Below are positions 34,494 to 44,299 of a stretch of DNA of 64,000 bases, in pieces. The position numbers and the translations under genes were made by a program. Source of the stretch: a virus. Position 1 is the stretch's first letter. Every line of letters starts with the position of its first letter. Where the stretch lies: IMG/VR virus record IMGVR_UViG_3300043570_002098, one strand, 5' to 3'. Under the pieces are notes generated by a model, which made no database searches, was not told where the DNA came from, and saw nothing but the letters and a program-made list of their open reading frames with translations.

Positions 34494-36416
34494 TTAATAA
34501 TTTACATCTTGAGTACTCAATTTAGGCATTTGTTGTATAGAAGAATCAATTTTTTGATTTAAAGTATCATAAGTTGGTATATTCATACTATCAATAACTT
34601 TTTGTATTTCAGGGTCTTGTTTACCTAAATTATTTAACGTATCTAATTCTATTTTACTATTTTGATTTACAGAATCTAATTGTTGTCTAAACGTAGAAGG
34701 TTTAAAGTCTAAGTCAGGTCTACTCAGATAATACCATGCTGCTAATGACCACGCAGCTGGTTTTGTCGCTAATTCTCTTGTATTAAAAACACCAAAATCT
34801 CCAATATTATTAACTATTAAACTTACTAATTTATTAATATCATTTTCACCATCGTTGGTACCCATAATACGAGAATATTCATCATCATCAAGTAAATACC
34901 ATTTCATAAGTTTTAATTTTTCTCCTGGTTTTACTTCAGATTCTCTTTTAGAATTGACCATATCTTGAATGGCGGATCCTAGAGTTTTGTATGCTCCTAA
35001 TAAAGTGGGAACCCATACTACTGAAGTTACAATTTTTTGTCCAACACCTAACCCTATCCATCTTTTTGTTCCTAATATTTTTTTATTGTGTAACAACTCT
35101 TTTATTGTAAGTGGTGAATAAACTAAAACGGTTCCCACTAATCTTTGTAATAAATCAAATAAATTAGTAATCCATTTAACAAACCCCTGACCATAACCAA
35201 GTCTTAAAACTCCACCTAAATTACTAAGTATTTTTAACGAACCTTTATATTTACTAAATGTTTGTTTTATTTCGTCTATATTGGTCCCTTTAGCCTTCTC
35301 AAACATTTCCATAATTTCTAAGAATTTTGGATCACTAAATGTTTCTTTAAAATAAAAAGGTTCAGGTTCTTCTCTAAATATTGGTCTATTATTTGGATCT
35401 ACTTGACCAGTATCGACCGATCTTTTTTCATTAAATAATCGTTTTATTCTAGGGTCTTGTTTCCATTCATTCATCCATAGGTTATAAATGGTTTTATGAG
35501 ATTCATTTCTTTTTGATAAAAATTGAGTAAATTTTGCTGTTAATTCATCTTGTTCTCCTGATATTTCAGTATCAGAACCCCTTTCAAATTTATCAACAAT
35601 TCTGTTAAAAATCCTATCTAATTCTATCTTAATTTCTGCGGGTTTTACCATTACTTTATCATAATTGAGATGCATTAATTTTGCAATACGTGAGGTTGGT
35701 TGCATAGTAAATACACCTTCTAAAACTGAATTTTTCTTTGTTAATTCCGCTAAGTATGTTCCGAAATTTTTTATTTTATCCCAAGATTTAACAGTTGATA
35801 CCCAAACTTCACCGAATTTTTTAAGAATTTCATCCCAAATTTCATCAGCAATGTTTGATTTAAATTTAACATTTCTTATGTATTCAATAATATCATTATC
35901 AAAATAATTTCCTACTCTACTAATATATTCTTCCAATTCTTTACGTTCACCTGATATAGCTAAATTTATCATGGCGTCATACGCTTGTTTATTAACAGGT
36001 AATCCCTTTAGAGACTCCTCAATTATTTTATCAGCTAATCTTTCATAAAACGGATCTTTACCAGAAAAAATAACTTTATTTAATGATTTTGATAAGTCCT
36101 CTAACAGATTTTCTAAAATTACACTATTTTGTGTAAAATTAATAGTTCTTCTTATTGGACTATTTTTTAAACTTGAAAATGAAATATCATTTAGATTGAA
36201 GTTTGTTTCAATGTCCTGTATTAAATTTGGGTTGGATACTTTAACCTCACCCATTGCATCGTCAAAAATTTTAATGAATGATGGTTCAGCATCAGATATA
36301 TTAAAAAGATCTTTAATTAAATCCAAACCTTTACCTTCGGAAAGTATTTGTTTAATTCCCATAAGTTTCTTTTGTCTGAATATTTCAGTTATTAAATTTT
36401 TATTAATTTTACTCAT
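34494..36416 (-). CDS. Large hypothetical protein with hydrophobic segments, putative virion/ejection protein
   Basis: N-terminal LITEI.RQKKLMG..QILSE; TATTTAT box upstream. Confidence 0.6.
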   Translation of the reverse strand: MSKINKNLITEIFRQKKLMGIKQILSEGKGLDLIKDLFNISDAEPSFIKIFDDAMGEVKVSNPNLIQDIETNFNLNDISFSSLKNSPIRRTINFTQNSVILENLLEDLSKSLNKVIFSGKDPFYERLADKIIEESLKGLPVNKQAYDAMINLAISGERKELEEYISRVGNYFDNDIIEYIRNVKFKSNIADEIWDEILKKFGEVWVSTVKSWDKIKNFGTYLAELTKKNSVLEGVFTMQPTSRIAKLMHLNYDKVMVKPAEIKIELDRIFNRIVDKFERGSDTEISGEQDELTAKFTQFLSKRNESHKTIYNLWMNEWKQDPRIKRLFNEKRSVDTGQVDPNNRPIFREEPEPFYFKETFSDPKFLEIMEMFEKAKGTNIDEIKQTFSKYKGSLKILSNLGGVLRLGYGQGFVKWITNLFDLLQRLVGTVLVYSPLTIKELLHNKKILGTKRWIGLGVGQKIVTSVVWVPTLLGAYKTLGSAIQDMVNSKRESEVKPGEKLKLMKWYLLDDDEYSRIMGTNDGENDINKLVSLIVNNIGDFGVFNTRELATKPAAWSLAAWYYLSRPDLDFKPSTFRQQLDSVNQNSKIELDTLNNLGKQDPEIQKVIDSMNIPTYDTLNQKIDSSIQQMPKLSTQDVNY

Positions 36417-36440
36417 TCTATATAAATATTAAAAATACCC

Positions 36441-38381
36441 TTATTTTTCGTTTTTTATTCGTTCTATGTTAGTTTTCAACACTTCTTTATTAACTTTATC
36501 CAATACATCCTGTGGAATTTCTTTATTTTTTAATCTACTTGATAGTATTTTAATAAGGTCTGGTTTGTTTACTTTAGATATATTTTGATTTTTTAAATCC
36601 GATAAAACTTGTCCTGATTTAGTCAACAACTCAATATTATTAAGTGTCTTTAATGATTTCAAGAATTTTTTAACTTCTAATAATTCATCAGAAGTGTATA
36701 TATGACCATAATCATTCGTTATGATTTTAAATAAACTGTTTACTATAATACCAGATAAAGGAACTCCACCTTCTATCCCTATTTGTTTTAATATTTTAGG
36801 TCCCCATACTGATATTCCAGCTTTAGGTATTTTAAGACCTTCATTACCAACTACCTTACTGACTGTTTTAATTGCTAAATCAAAATTTCTTTTAATCATT
36901 TCTTTAGGTAATGACATAGTCTCTCTAAAAATGTATCTTTCTTCTGGAGTTAGAGATTTAATGAATATATCCATTCCTTCTCTTGTGTCAAACTTACCTA
37001 ATATAATCTTTCTTGATAATCCTTCTGCAGTTTCAATCGATACTTTACCTATATTTTTACTATAGGACACATATGGAACCATGGCACATAGGAAAGAAAT
37101 TAACGCCTCTTCATTTTTACCTCTCGATGATTCATATGCACCGATTAATGCGTTAAAAGTAGAATCCGCAACATAAGGTGCTGCGGCTCTAAGTGCTCCC
37201 GAGGATAATGTAAATCCAATTGCACCTGCAGCACCCTCAACCATACCCGCAATACCACCTGAAACGGCTATTATGGCAATGTTACCTATAATTTGTATTG
37301 TAGTACCCCATTTATCCCAAATTCGATCAAATTCTTGACCTAAAATACTAACATCTTTGGTCCAATTATCTTTACCAAATAATAAATCTAATTTCTTTAA
37401 TTCATCCGACCATTCTTTTTTAATTTTATCGGTTTCACTTACAGTATTAACTTTTTTAGGGATATATGTGTTGTCTTGTCTAATTCGATCTAATTTAGAT
37501 GACAATTTATTTTCACCACTTAAATTTTTTAACATATTACCATAATAATCATTAATTTCTTTTTTCTTTTGATTATATTGGTTTAGTTCGTCTTTATTTA
37601 TACCATAACTAAATTCAGAATTACTGTATTCTTTTTTTAAATTATCTAATTGTTTAACTAAATTGTCATATTGTTGTTTATCCTTAGGGTCACCGGTCTG
37701 TTTAGATTTTGTTAACATTTCGGTGGCTTTTTTTCTTATACTTTGTTCTTTAGAAAGATATTCATCGTATAAATCCGGATTAAATCCTTTAGGTACAATT
37801 TTACCACTTTTACTTTTTCTACCGTGATATCTTTCCCAATCTTCTAATGTCATATTCATATTAGATATCATCCAACTATTTAAATCTTGTCTATATTTTA
37901 CATTAAGTTGTTCTTTAGACCCAACATTTGACTTTGTATTTATTGGGCTTTTATAGTACCAATTAATATAATCACCAAACTTATTTTTTTTATCATATGG
38001 ATATATTGTTTTACCATTTTTATCCATTTGTTGATTATTTGGGTATTTTTCAATTGCGGGAATCGGAGGTGTTGGTTTTTCCTTTCCTTTAAATAACTTT
38101 GTATTATTAGATATTAAATTTGGGGTGGATTGTTCCTTTAATTGATTACCATGTCCTCTTGTTAATTTTGAACCTACGACATCGGCCCATTTAGTAACAC
38201 CTACTTGATTACCCGGTCCTCTTGTAACACCACTTTCCCATTTACCCACCTCAGGATATCCCTGACCACCAGACTGTTTATCCGATGTACCTTTTTCAGG
38301 TTCAGCTGCGGGGGTTTCCCCTTGTTCTTGTAATACGGTCAGTAATGAATTATATTGTATATCGGTTAAGCCCAACTTCAT
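36441..38381 (-). CDS. Large hypothetical protein with Gly/Ala hydrophobic hairpin, putative virion/ejection protein
   Basis: N-terminal LTDIQY..LL..LQEQ, duplicated KW...TRG.GNQ motif, hydrophobic helices. Confidence 0.6.
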   Translation of the reverse strand: MKLGLTDIQYNSLLTVLQEQGETPAAEPEKGTSDKQSGGQGYPEVGKWESGVTRGPGNQVGVTKWADVVGSKLTRGHGNQLKEQSTPNLISNNTKLFKGKEKPTPPIPAIEKYPNNQQMDKNGKTIYPYDKKNKFGDYINWYYKSPINTKSNVGSKEQLNVKYRQDLNSWMISNMNMTLEDWERYHGRKSKSGKIVPKGFNPDLYDEYLSKEQSIRKKATEMLTKSKQTGDPKDKQQYDNLVKQLDNLKKEYSNSEFSYGINKDELNQYNQKKKEINDYYGNMLKNLSGENKLSSKLDRIRQDNTYIPKKVNTVSETDKIKKEWSDELKKLDLLFGKDNWTKDVSILGQEFDRIWDKWGTTIQIIGNIAIIAVSGGIAGMVEGAAGAIGFTLSSGALRAAAPYVADSTFNALIGAYESSRGKNEEALISFLCAMVPYVSYSKNIGKVSIETAEGLSRKIILGKFDTREGMDIFIKSLTPEERYIFRETMSLPKEMIKRNFDLAIKTVSKVVGNEGLKIPKAGISVWGPKILKQIGIEGGVPLSGIIVNSLFKIITNDYGHIYTSDELLEVKKFLKSLKTLNNIELLTKSGQVLSDLKNQNISKVNKPDLIKILSSRLKNKEIPQDVLDKVNKEVLKTNIERIKNEK

Positions 38382-38463
38382 AGTTTATAAATATCCAATA
38401 AAACTTTTGAATACGATATTGGTATAGGGAAAAATACCCCTTTTTAGTGTAAAAATAAAGATT

Positions 38464-38835
38464 TTAATCCTCGTCGTAGATATTAGGATCTTTCTTGGAG
38501 TACATTTTGATGTATTGACCTGCCTTAGCATTCGCCTCATCTTCAATTTCACCACCAATATCGGGTGGTTGAACCTTAAGACGTCCCTGTTCATATTGTT
38601 TGTGATGAACCATCTCATGAGCAACACTTCTACATACATCCACAAGTGCTCGGTTCTTAGCACATACCTTGATGATCTTGTTTTCTTTGGTGTAATCGTA
38701 GTTTGCAGTCGTTTTTAGACCATCTCTATGGTTTTGGATCTTGATGGTTGGAACGGTTTTAAGTTCCAATTGTTCCTTTACAAATAGGACAAACTTGTCT
38801 AAAATCTCCTTTTTCTCGTCAGTTAAAAAACTCAT
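38464..38835 (-). CDS. Zincin-like HExxH protein
   Basis: RSVAHEMVHHKQ...IEDEANA.AG. Confidence 0.7.
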   Translation of the reverse strand: MSFLTDEKKEILDKFVLFVKEQLELKTVPTIKIQNHRDGLKTTANYDYTKENKIIKVCAKNRALVDVCRSVAHEMVHHKQYEQGRLKVQPPDIGGEIEDEANAKAGQYIKMYSKKDPNIYDED

Positions 38836-38847
38836 ACTTTATAAATA

Positions 38848-39087
38848 TTACAAAATTGATTCTTCGGGTAAATCATTTTCGGTTGCATATTGATTGATCA
38901 TGTCGACCACGTCGTTTTCTTCTATATCATACATATCATTTTCGTGAATGATACCAGGTGAATAATACATTACATCCTCGATAGTTAATTCTAACACACG
39001 ATAGGTCTCGTCACCGTCATTATCAGTTGAAAACTCAACGTACAATATTCTATTGTCGTCGTTATAATAAAATTCTCTTATATACAT
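38848..39087 (-). CDS. Hypothetical acidic protein
   Basis: 79-aa ORF. Confidence 0.7.
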   Translation of the reverse strand: MYIREFYYNDDNRILYVEFSTDNDGDETYRVLELTIEDVMYYSPGIIHENDMYDIEENDVVDMINQYATENDLPEESIL

Positions 39088-39182
39088 GGTTAAACAATCA
39101 TAATTATATTGATTTCAATCAAAATCAAAAAATATACCTTTTATAGATACAAAATAGAGATATTTTTCTTATTATTAATAAT

Positions 39183-39506
39183 ATGGATTGGTATGTTATA
39201 GAATATTTGTATCCTATTGCCTTTCAAAGGTTTAAGGATACTATGTTCCCAAATGTTGGGGTGATTAGTCTATCGACTTTAGGGTTATATGATTCAAAAA
39301 AACTTTATCAGTTTTTTGATAAGGAAGGTGTGTACCTAACAATTGAGATGTATAACCCACATCAATGGGTTTTTAGTGTGTCACTCAAAAATGGTATTGT
39401 ATTTGGACCTACACAGGATTCAAGGACCACCAGAGATGAAACTGAGACAGACGGATTTATTGAGTGTTTCAGAATATTAGATAAAAAATTAAAAGACGTT
39501 ATATGA
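39183..39506 (+). CDS. Hypothetical protein
   Basis: 107 aa, ATGA-coupled to the next gene. Confidence 0.7.
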   Translation: MDWYVIEYLYPIAFQRFKDTMFPNVGVISLSTLGLYDSKKLYQFFDKEGVYLTIEMYNPHQWVFSVSLKNGIVFGPTQDSRTTRDETETDGFIECFRILDKKLKDVI

Positions 39507-39823
39507 GTGATATTTATGATAATAGTATGAGCATGTCATCTAACTTTCTTTTACAATCAACAAGAGTCTTACATAACGACAATTATGATGAGGATGAATT
39601 GGAGATGATATCCAATTTTATGGTTGCCGTTGACAATGAGATATTAAATGAGTATAATAATACGTGTACCATCTTATCTTATGATAACGATCTACAACTT
39701 TACATTGAGATATTAGATGCGTTGATTGTTATTTTTGAAGAAAGAGAAGAATATGAAAAATGTGAGATGTTAAAACATAAGAGGGATGACTCAATAGAAA
39801 TAATGGAAAATAAAACAATATAG
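39503..39823 (+). CDS. Hypothetical protein with C-terminal UVR-like motif
   Basis: FEEREEYEKCEMLK. Confidence 0.65.
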   Translation: MSDIYDNSMSMSSNFLLQSTRVLHNDNYDEDELEMISNFMVAVDNEILNEYNNTCTILSYDNDLQLYIEILDALIVIFEEREEYEKCEMLKHKRDDSIEIMENKTI

Positions 39824-39825
39824 TT

Positions 39826-39966
39826 ATGGCAATTTTATCAATGTCCGATGAGGAAAGAAAGAAAATTTCAGAGCAACATAAACAACTTGAAAAGATTGCT
39901 CGTGAAAAAAGAGAAGAATTAAAGATAGGTTTGAAGAAACCCGAAGAAAAAAAGAAAACCTCCTAA
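39826..39966 (+). CDS. Small charged protein (46 aa)
   Basis: Not in track: MAILSMSDEERKKISEQHKQLEKIAREKREELKIGLKKPEEKKKTS; fills the gap exactly. Confidence 0.6.
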   Translation: MAILSMSDEERKKISEQHKQLEKIAREKREELKIGLKKPEEKKKTS

Positions 39967-41051
39967 TTGGAGGTTTTTTTAATGAAGTTAAGTGCTGATG
40001 ATATCACTTGGTGCATATCATAATATTTGTATTCAGCTAACCTACCTCCGAAGTGTATGTTTTCTAATTTGTTGGCGTCATCCCTGTATTTTAAGTACAT
40101 CTCTGTATTATCTTTATCGTTTACGGGGTAATACGGTTCGGTCTCTTCTGCTTTGTATTGTGTTGGATACTCCCATGTCACCCATGTTGAGTCTGTTTTA
40201 ACGTCAGATTCAAAATGTTTGTGTTCTATTGTTCTTGTATGTATCGTATCACTATCGGTATAATTCATGACCGCACAACCTTGATGATTATCTGTATCAA
40301 ATTTAAAATGTTCAAACCTTGTTGTTTTATATTCTAACTCACCATATTTGTAATTAAAATATTTGTCTATTGGTCCCGTATAAATTACTTTAGTATGTTC
40401 AGGTAATTCATCTTTAAAATAATCAACACCTAATCTAACTTCAATACCGTCTAACAACTTTTCAAATATTTGTGTATATCCACCAATTGGTATACCTTGA
40501 TATTTGTCATTAAAATAATTGTTATCGTATGTTAAACGAACAGGTAGACGAGTTATGATCTCTTTAGGTAATTCTTTAGGGTCTTTTCTCCATTGTTTAG
40601 CCGTGTAATGTTTAATTAATTTTTCGTAGATATCTGAACCGACTAATTTGATTGCTTGTTCTTCTAAATTAGAAGGAGTATCGATTCCAACTGATTGTGA
40701 ATCAATAATATCTTGTACTTCTTTTGGTGTAACGACATTCCATAACTTATTGAATGTCCACATGTTAAATGGTAAAGAATAGATTTCACCTTTATAATTT
40801 GCAACAGGTCTTAATGTGAAATTATTAAATTTAACAAATTGATTTATCCATTCCCACACTTCTTCATTAGATGTGTGAAATACGTGAGGTCCATAAGTAT
40901 GTATATTAACACCGTCTTTGTTCTCAGTGTGGCAGTTGCCTCCGATATGATTTCTATTATCAATAACACAAATCTTATAACCTTTTTTTGTTAATTCATG
41001 TGCGCAGATGGATCCGTAGAAACCAGCCCCAACTATTAAGTAATCGTACAT
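39963..41051 (-). CDS. glf: UDP-galactopyranose mutase
   Basis: IVGAG..G, HIGGN, H.YGPHVFHT, YFNDKYQGIP.GGYT, EPYYPVN, GRLAEYKYYDM. Confidence 0.96.
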   Translation of the reverse strand: MYDYLIVGAGFYGSICAHELTKKGYKICVIDNRNHIGGNCHTENKDGVNIHTYGPHVFHTSNEEVWEWINQFVKFNNFTLRPVANYKGEIYSLPFNMWTFNKLWNVVTPKEVQDIIDSQSVGIDTPSNLEEQAIKLVGSDIYEKLIKHYTAKQWRKDPKELPKEIITRLPVRLTYDNNYFNDKYQGIPIGGYTQIFEKLLDGIEVRLGVDYFKDELPEHTKVIYTGPIDKYFNYKYGELEYKTTRFEHFKFDTDNHQGCAVMNYTDSDTIHTRTIEHKHFESDVKTDSTWVTWEYPTQYKAEETEPYYPVNDKDNTEMYLKYRDDANKLENIHFGGRLAEYKYYDMHQVISSALNFIKKTSN

Positions 41052-41052
41052 A

Positions 41053-41829
41053 TTATAATTTTATAAAATTATCACAATAAATGTCATTAGTATTTATATG
41101 TGAATTACCTTCACCAAACCATACTTTAGGACATATAATTTTTTTATTTGGGTTTTTTCCTAACCAAGATCCCCACCAACTAAAGGTGCTATTTGTAATA
41201 ATATGATCATCACACAAAGATGTTAAACACATATCAAATATTAAATCACCATTACTATATACAATATTTTTATGTTTAAAATTTTCTTTACACCAATTAA
41301 TATCATCAGATGTAAATACAAATACTGTATTTACATCATTTAACATTTCAATTGAATTGTTATAATATTCTAAGGAAGGTTGTGGATGAATATGTGGATT
41401 TACTAAATAATCACCCCTCCTAACATGAACTGAAACTAACTTATTATCTTTATAATTTTCAATAAATTCATTAACTTCTCGTATAGTGTCTTCTTTAAAT
41501 TTAAACTCACTTCTAACCACATTTTTACAATGTTGGAAATATTTTTCGGTTTGAAAGTAACCAATAAAATTTGTATTATTAACCACATTGAAAATATCTG
41601 AATTAAAATGAAAATATGGTTCTCTATATTCATGTTTCGTAACAAACGGTTCAATTAAACACTCGTTAAAATTAAAAAATTTAAATAAATAACTATTTTT
41701 TTTTGTTTCGGGATCGATGATAATATCATAACCATTTTTATGTTTAATCCCCAATAGTAAAGAATATTGAAACATTTGATTACCTAATTGACCGTGTCCA
41801 CCTAAAAGATTGTATGTTATTCCGTCCAT
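41053..41829 (-). CDS. Alpha-1,2-fucosyltransferase (GT11)
   Basis: GQLGNQMFQY, GYFQ.EKYF, VHVRRGDY, NSTFSWW. Confidence 0.92.
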   Translation of the reverse strand: MDGITYNLLGGHGQLGNQMFQYSLLLGIKHKNGYDIIIDPETKKNSYLFKFFNFNECLIEPFVTKHEYREPYFHFNSDIFNVVNNTNFIGYFQTEKYFQHCKNVVRSEFKFKEDTIREVNEFIENYKDNKLVSVHVRRGDYLVNPHIHPQPSLEYYNNSIEMLNDVNTVFVFTSDDINWCKENFKHKNIVYSNGDLIFDMCLTSLCDDHIITNSTFSWWGSWLGKNPNKKIICPKVWFGEGNSHINTNDIYCDNFIKL

Positions 41830-42542
41830 ATTTTATATCTTGATTTTATATGATTTTCTAAACCTCCAACAGGTAACATTTGAATATCTGAAAAATCTTC
41901 TCTTTGAAATGTTAATGGGTATTTTGAAGTAAAACTTTTAATTTTATTTTGTGCTGCGAATTTACTAAATTGAGTGTCTATATTCATTTCCTCATAAAAT
42001 GGAAAATTAAGTAAAATGTCATAACAACTACTATTAATTACATATGAATGGCTTGTCGATAAATGTGTAAGTTGATATAAATATTCACCTCTTTTTATCA
42101 TTGGGGATAGTGGCATACATCCTAAAAAAAACAGATCCCATTCTACATTCTTTAATTCTTCTATGGTTTTACCTAAAACATCCGTAACATCAATATCGTC
42201 ATTAAAGATCATATCATCTTCAAAAATTAAAACATTATCAATATTATTATCTTTAGCGTATTGATAAATTTTTAAATGGGACATTAAACATGATCTTTGA
42301 CCTAACGTGACTTTTTTAATTCTATCTCTGTGATATATATCAAGATCTGAAACTGGTTCACATAATGGATAACCTTTCTGTGTTAAAATTTCACTTTCTT
42401 CTTCACCTAATCTAATCGCACTAATTCTCTCACTATTAATATTATATTTATTTAATTCTGTTTTAATTTGATCATTTCTATCTAATCTATCATCTAAATT
42501 TATATAACAAACTTTTTTAAAAAAATTGAATGGATTTGACAT
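41817..42542 (-). CDS. Glycosyltransferase family 25
   Basis: YINLD.R.DR, C..SH, LIFEDD. Confidence 0.85.
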   Translation of the reverse strand: MSNPFNFFKKVCYINLDDRLDRNDQIKTELNKYNINSERISAIRLGEEESEILTQKGYPLCEPVSDLDIYHRDRIKKVTLGQRSCLMSHLKIYQYAKDNNIDNVLIFEDDMIFNDDIDVTDVLGKTIEELKNVEWDLFFLGCMPLSPMIKRGEYLYQLTHLSTSHSYVINSSCYDILLNFPFYEEMNIDTQFSKFAAQNKIKSFTSKYPLTFQREDFSDIQMLPVGGLENHIKSRYKIWTE

Positions 42543-42543
42543 A

Positions 42544-43227
42544 TTAATTATTTTTAAATGGTTTCTTATATTGAGATTCCCAAAATTCTCTGTTCATTGA
42601 TTGATGACCTCCAATATCACTAACATCATCTGATTTTTGTATTAATGATAATGGATATGTTATATATTTTTCTTTAAACGTATTATTTAAAGTTATATCC
42701 ATATATCTAATTTCAGGATCATTTAAAATAATATCGTAAGTATTTTTATTTAAAATATATGCTTGAGTACTAACACAACAATCACATTTAATTAAATTTG
42801 GAGATGATAGATTTAATTCGGTATCATGTAAATTAGAACCTAAAAAAAATATTTCCCAATTGTCTATCTTTGATAATTGATCTAAAGCGGTTTCAATAAT
42901 GTCAATACCTCTATAATTTTCTGTGTTATAAAATTCAGCATCATCTTCTAAAATTAAAACATTTTCATAATTATTTTCTTTTGCAATTTTAATGATTTGT
43001 TTATGTGATTCTGCGGCAGCTAAAGTTGCCGATAACATTTTATGTTTATCATTTCTTATAAATTCAGTTTTATCAAATGCCTTTACTGCTGAAAATCTTT
43101 TAACACAATCAAGTAAATCATATTTTTGTAATTCACTTATCATATGTTCATTTCTATCTGTCCTGTAATCTAAATTTATATAAAATCCCGCCGATATAAA
43201 ATCATTAATTTTCATAAAAAAATTCAT
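42544..43227 (-). CDS. Glycosyltransferase family 25
   Basis: YINLD.R.DR, RFSAV, SH, LILEDD. Confidence 0.85.
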   Translation of the reverse strand: MNFFMKINDFISAGFYINLDYRTDRNEHMISELQKYDLLDCVKRFSAVKAFDKTEFIRNDKHKMLSATLAAAESHKQIIKIAKENNYENVLILEDDAEFYNTENYRGIDIIETALDQLSKIDNWEIFFLGSNLHDTELNLSSPNLIKCDCCVSTQAYILNKNTYDIILNDPEIRYMDITLNNTFKEKYITYPLSLIQKSDDVSDIGGHQSMNREFWESQYKKPFKNN

Positions 43228-44299
43228 TTAATAGTTCTTCCCACATTTTACCAACTACGGAAATTGAGAATCTGTCTTTTATTGTATTCTTAGCTCTATT
43301 TCTTATTTCTTCTTTTAAACCTGGTGTATGTTCTACTTCTAAAAGTTTATCTTTAACATTACCAGTATAGTCCATATATTGTGCGTCACACGTGACCTTT
43401 TCTGTCATCATTTTTTCCATATCTGTTCCATGTGGAAAGTTTAAGAAAACACATCCCTCTGAAAAATATTCTGGAACGGCACCTAACGCGTATGTTATTA
43501 CTATAACTCCTGCGGCAACGGCCTCAGCAACTGAACATGAAAATGTATCTTTATAAACACATCCATTTGGATGATATAATGGAAATATAAAATAATCAGT
43601 TTCTAATAGTTTACTAAATAATGTTTCCTTATCGGTACCATTTGCATGATTGATGTAATCAAACTTATACATCGGTTCCCATTCTAATTCATTAACCGTT
43701 CTTTCTGCAACATCTCCACCTCTACCATATTGGGCATGAAATATTGAACTTCTCATTTTCCTTTCAATTCCACGATTAGAAATTTCATCCATTAAATCTG
43801 TCATAATAGGATTTGGAATTATTTTGACTATAGTATTTTTAAGTTTCTCCACTCCTATTTTAACACTCCATTCATTTTGATCTTCGGCCCATTTTGAAAT
43901 ATTTAAAAATCCCATTCTAATATTTCGTTCGGTACAAAATTCAATCATTTCATTAATTGAATACACCCAAGCCATATGATACCAATAAATTAATCCTTTG
44001 TTAACTTTAAATGGTATTTCGTTGTATTTGTCAAACCACAATGCTGAAACTAAAATATCTACTTCACTATTAATTAAATCTCCATATCCAAAATCAACGT
44101 ATTTTACTCCTCTACATGTTATACCGTCGGTTTTTTCTAAAACTATTGTCACATCATGACCCTTTTCCGCAAGATATTCGGAAACTAAAATCATACTCTG
44201 ATCAGTTCCCGAACATGCGGCACCTCCATTTCTTATAGTGTCACCATTTAATATTTTAGGTCTACCAGCTGTACCTATTAATAAAAAAACTATTTTCAT
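43205..44299 (-). CDS. GT-B fold glycosyltransferase (GT4-like)
   Basis: LAEKGHDVTI, DTFSCSVAEAVAAG..VITY..GAVPE. Confidence 0.75.
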   Translation of the reverse strand: MKIVFLLIGTAGRPKILNGDTIRNGGAACSGTDQSMILVSEYLAEKGHDVTIVLEKTDGITCRGVKYVDFGYGDLINSEVDILVSALWFDKYNEIPFKVNKGLIYWYHMAWVYSINEMIEFCTERNIRMGFLNISKWAEDQNEWSVKIGVEKLKNTIVKIIPNPIMTDLMDEISNRGIERKMRSSIFHAQYGRGGDVAERTVNELEWEPMYKFDYINHANGTDKETLFSKLLETDYFIFPLYHPNGCVYKDTFSCSVAEAVAAGVIVITYALGAVPEYFSEGCVFLNFPHGTDMEKMMTEKVTCDAQYMDYTGNVKDKLLEVEHTPGLKEEIRNRAKNTIKDRFSISVVGKMWEELLNEFFYEN

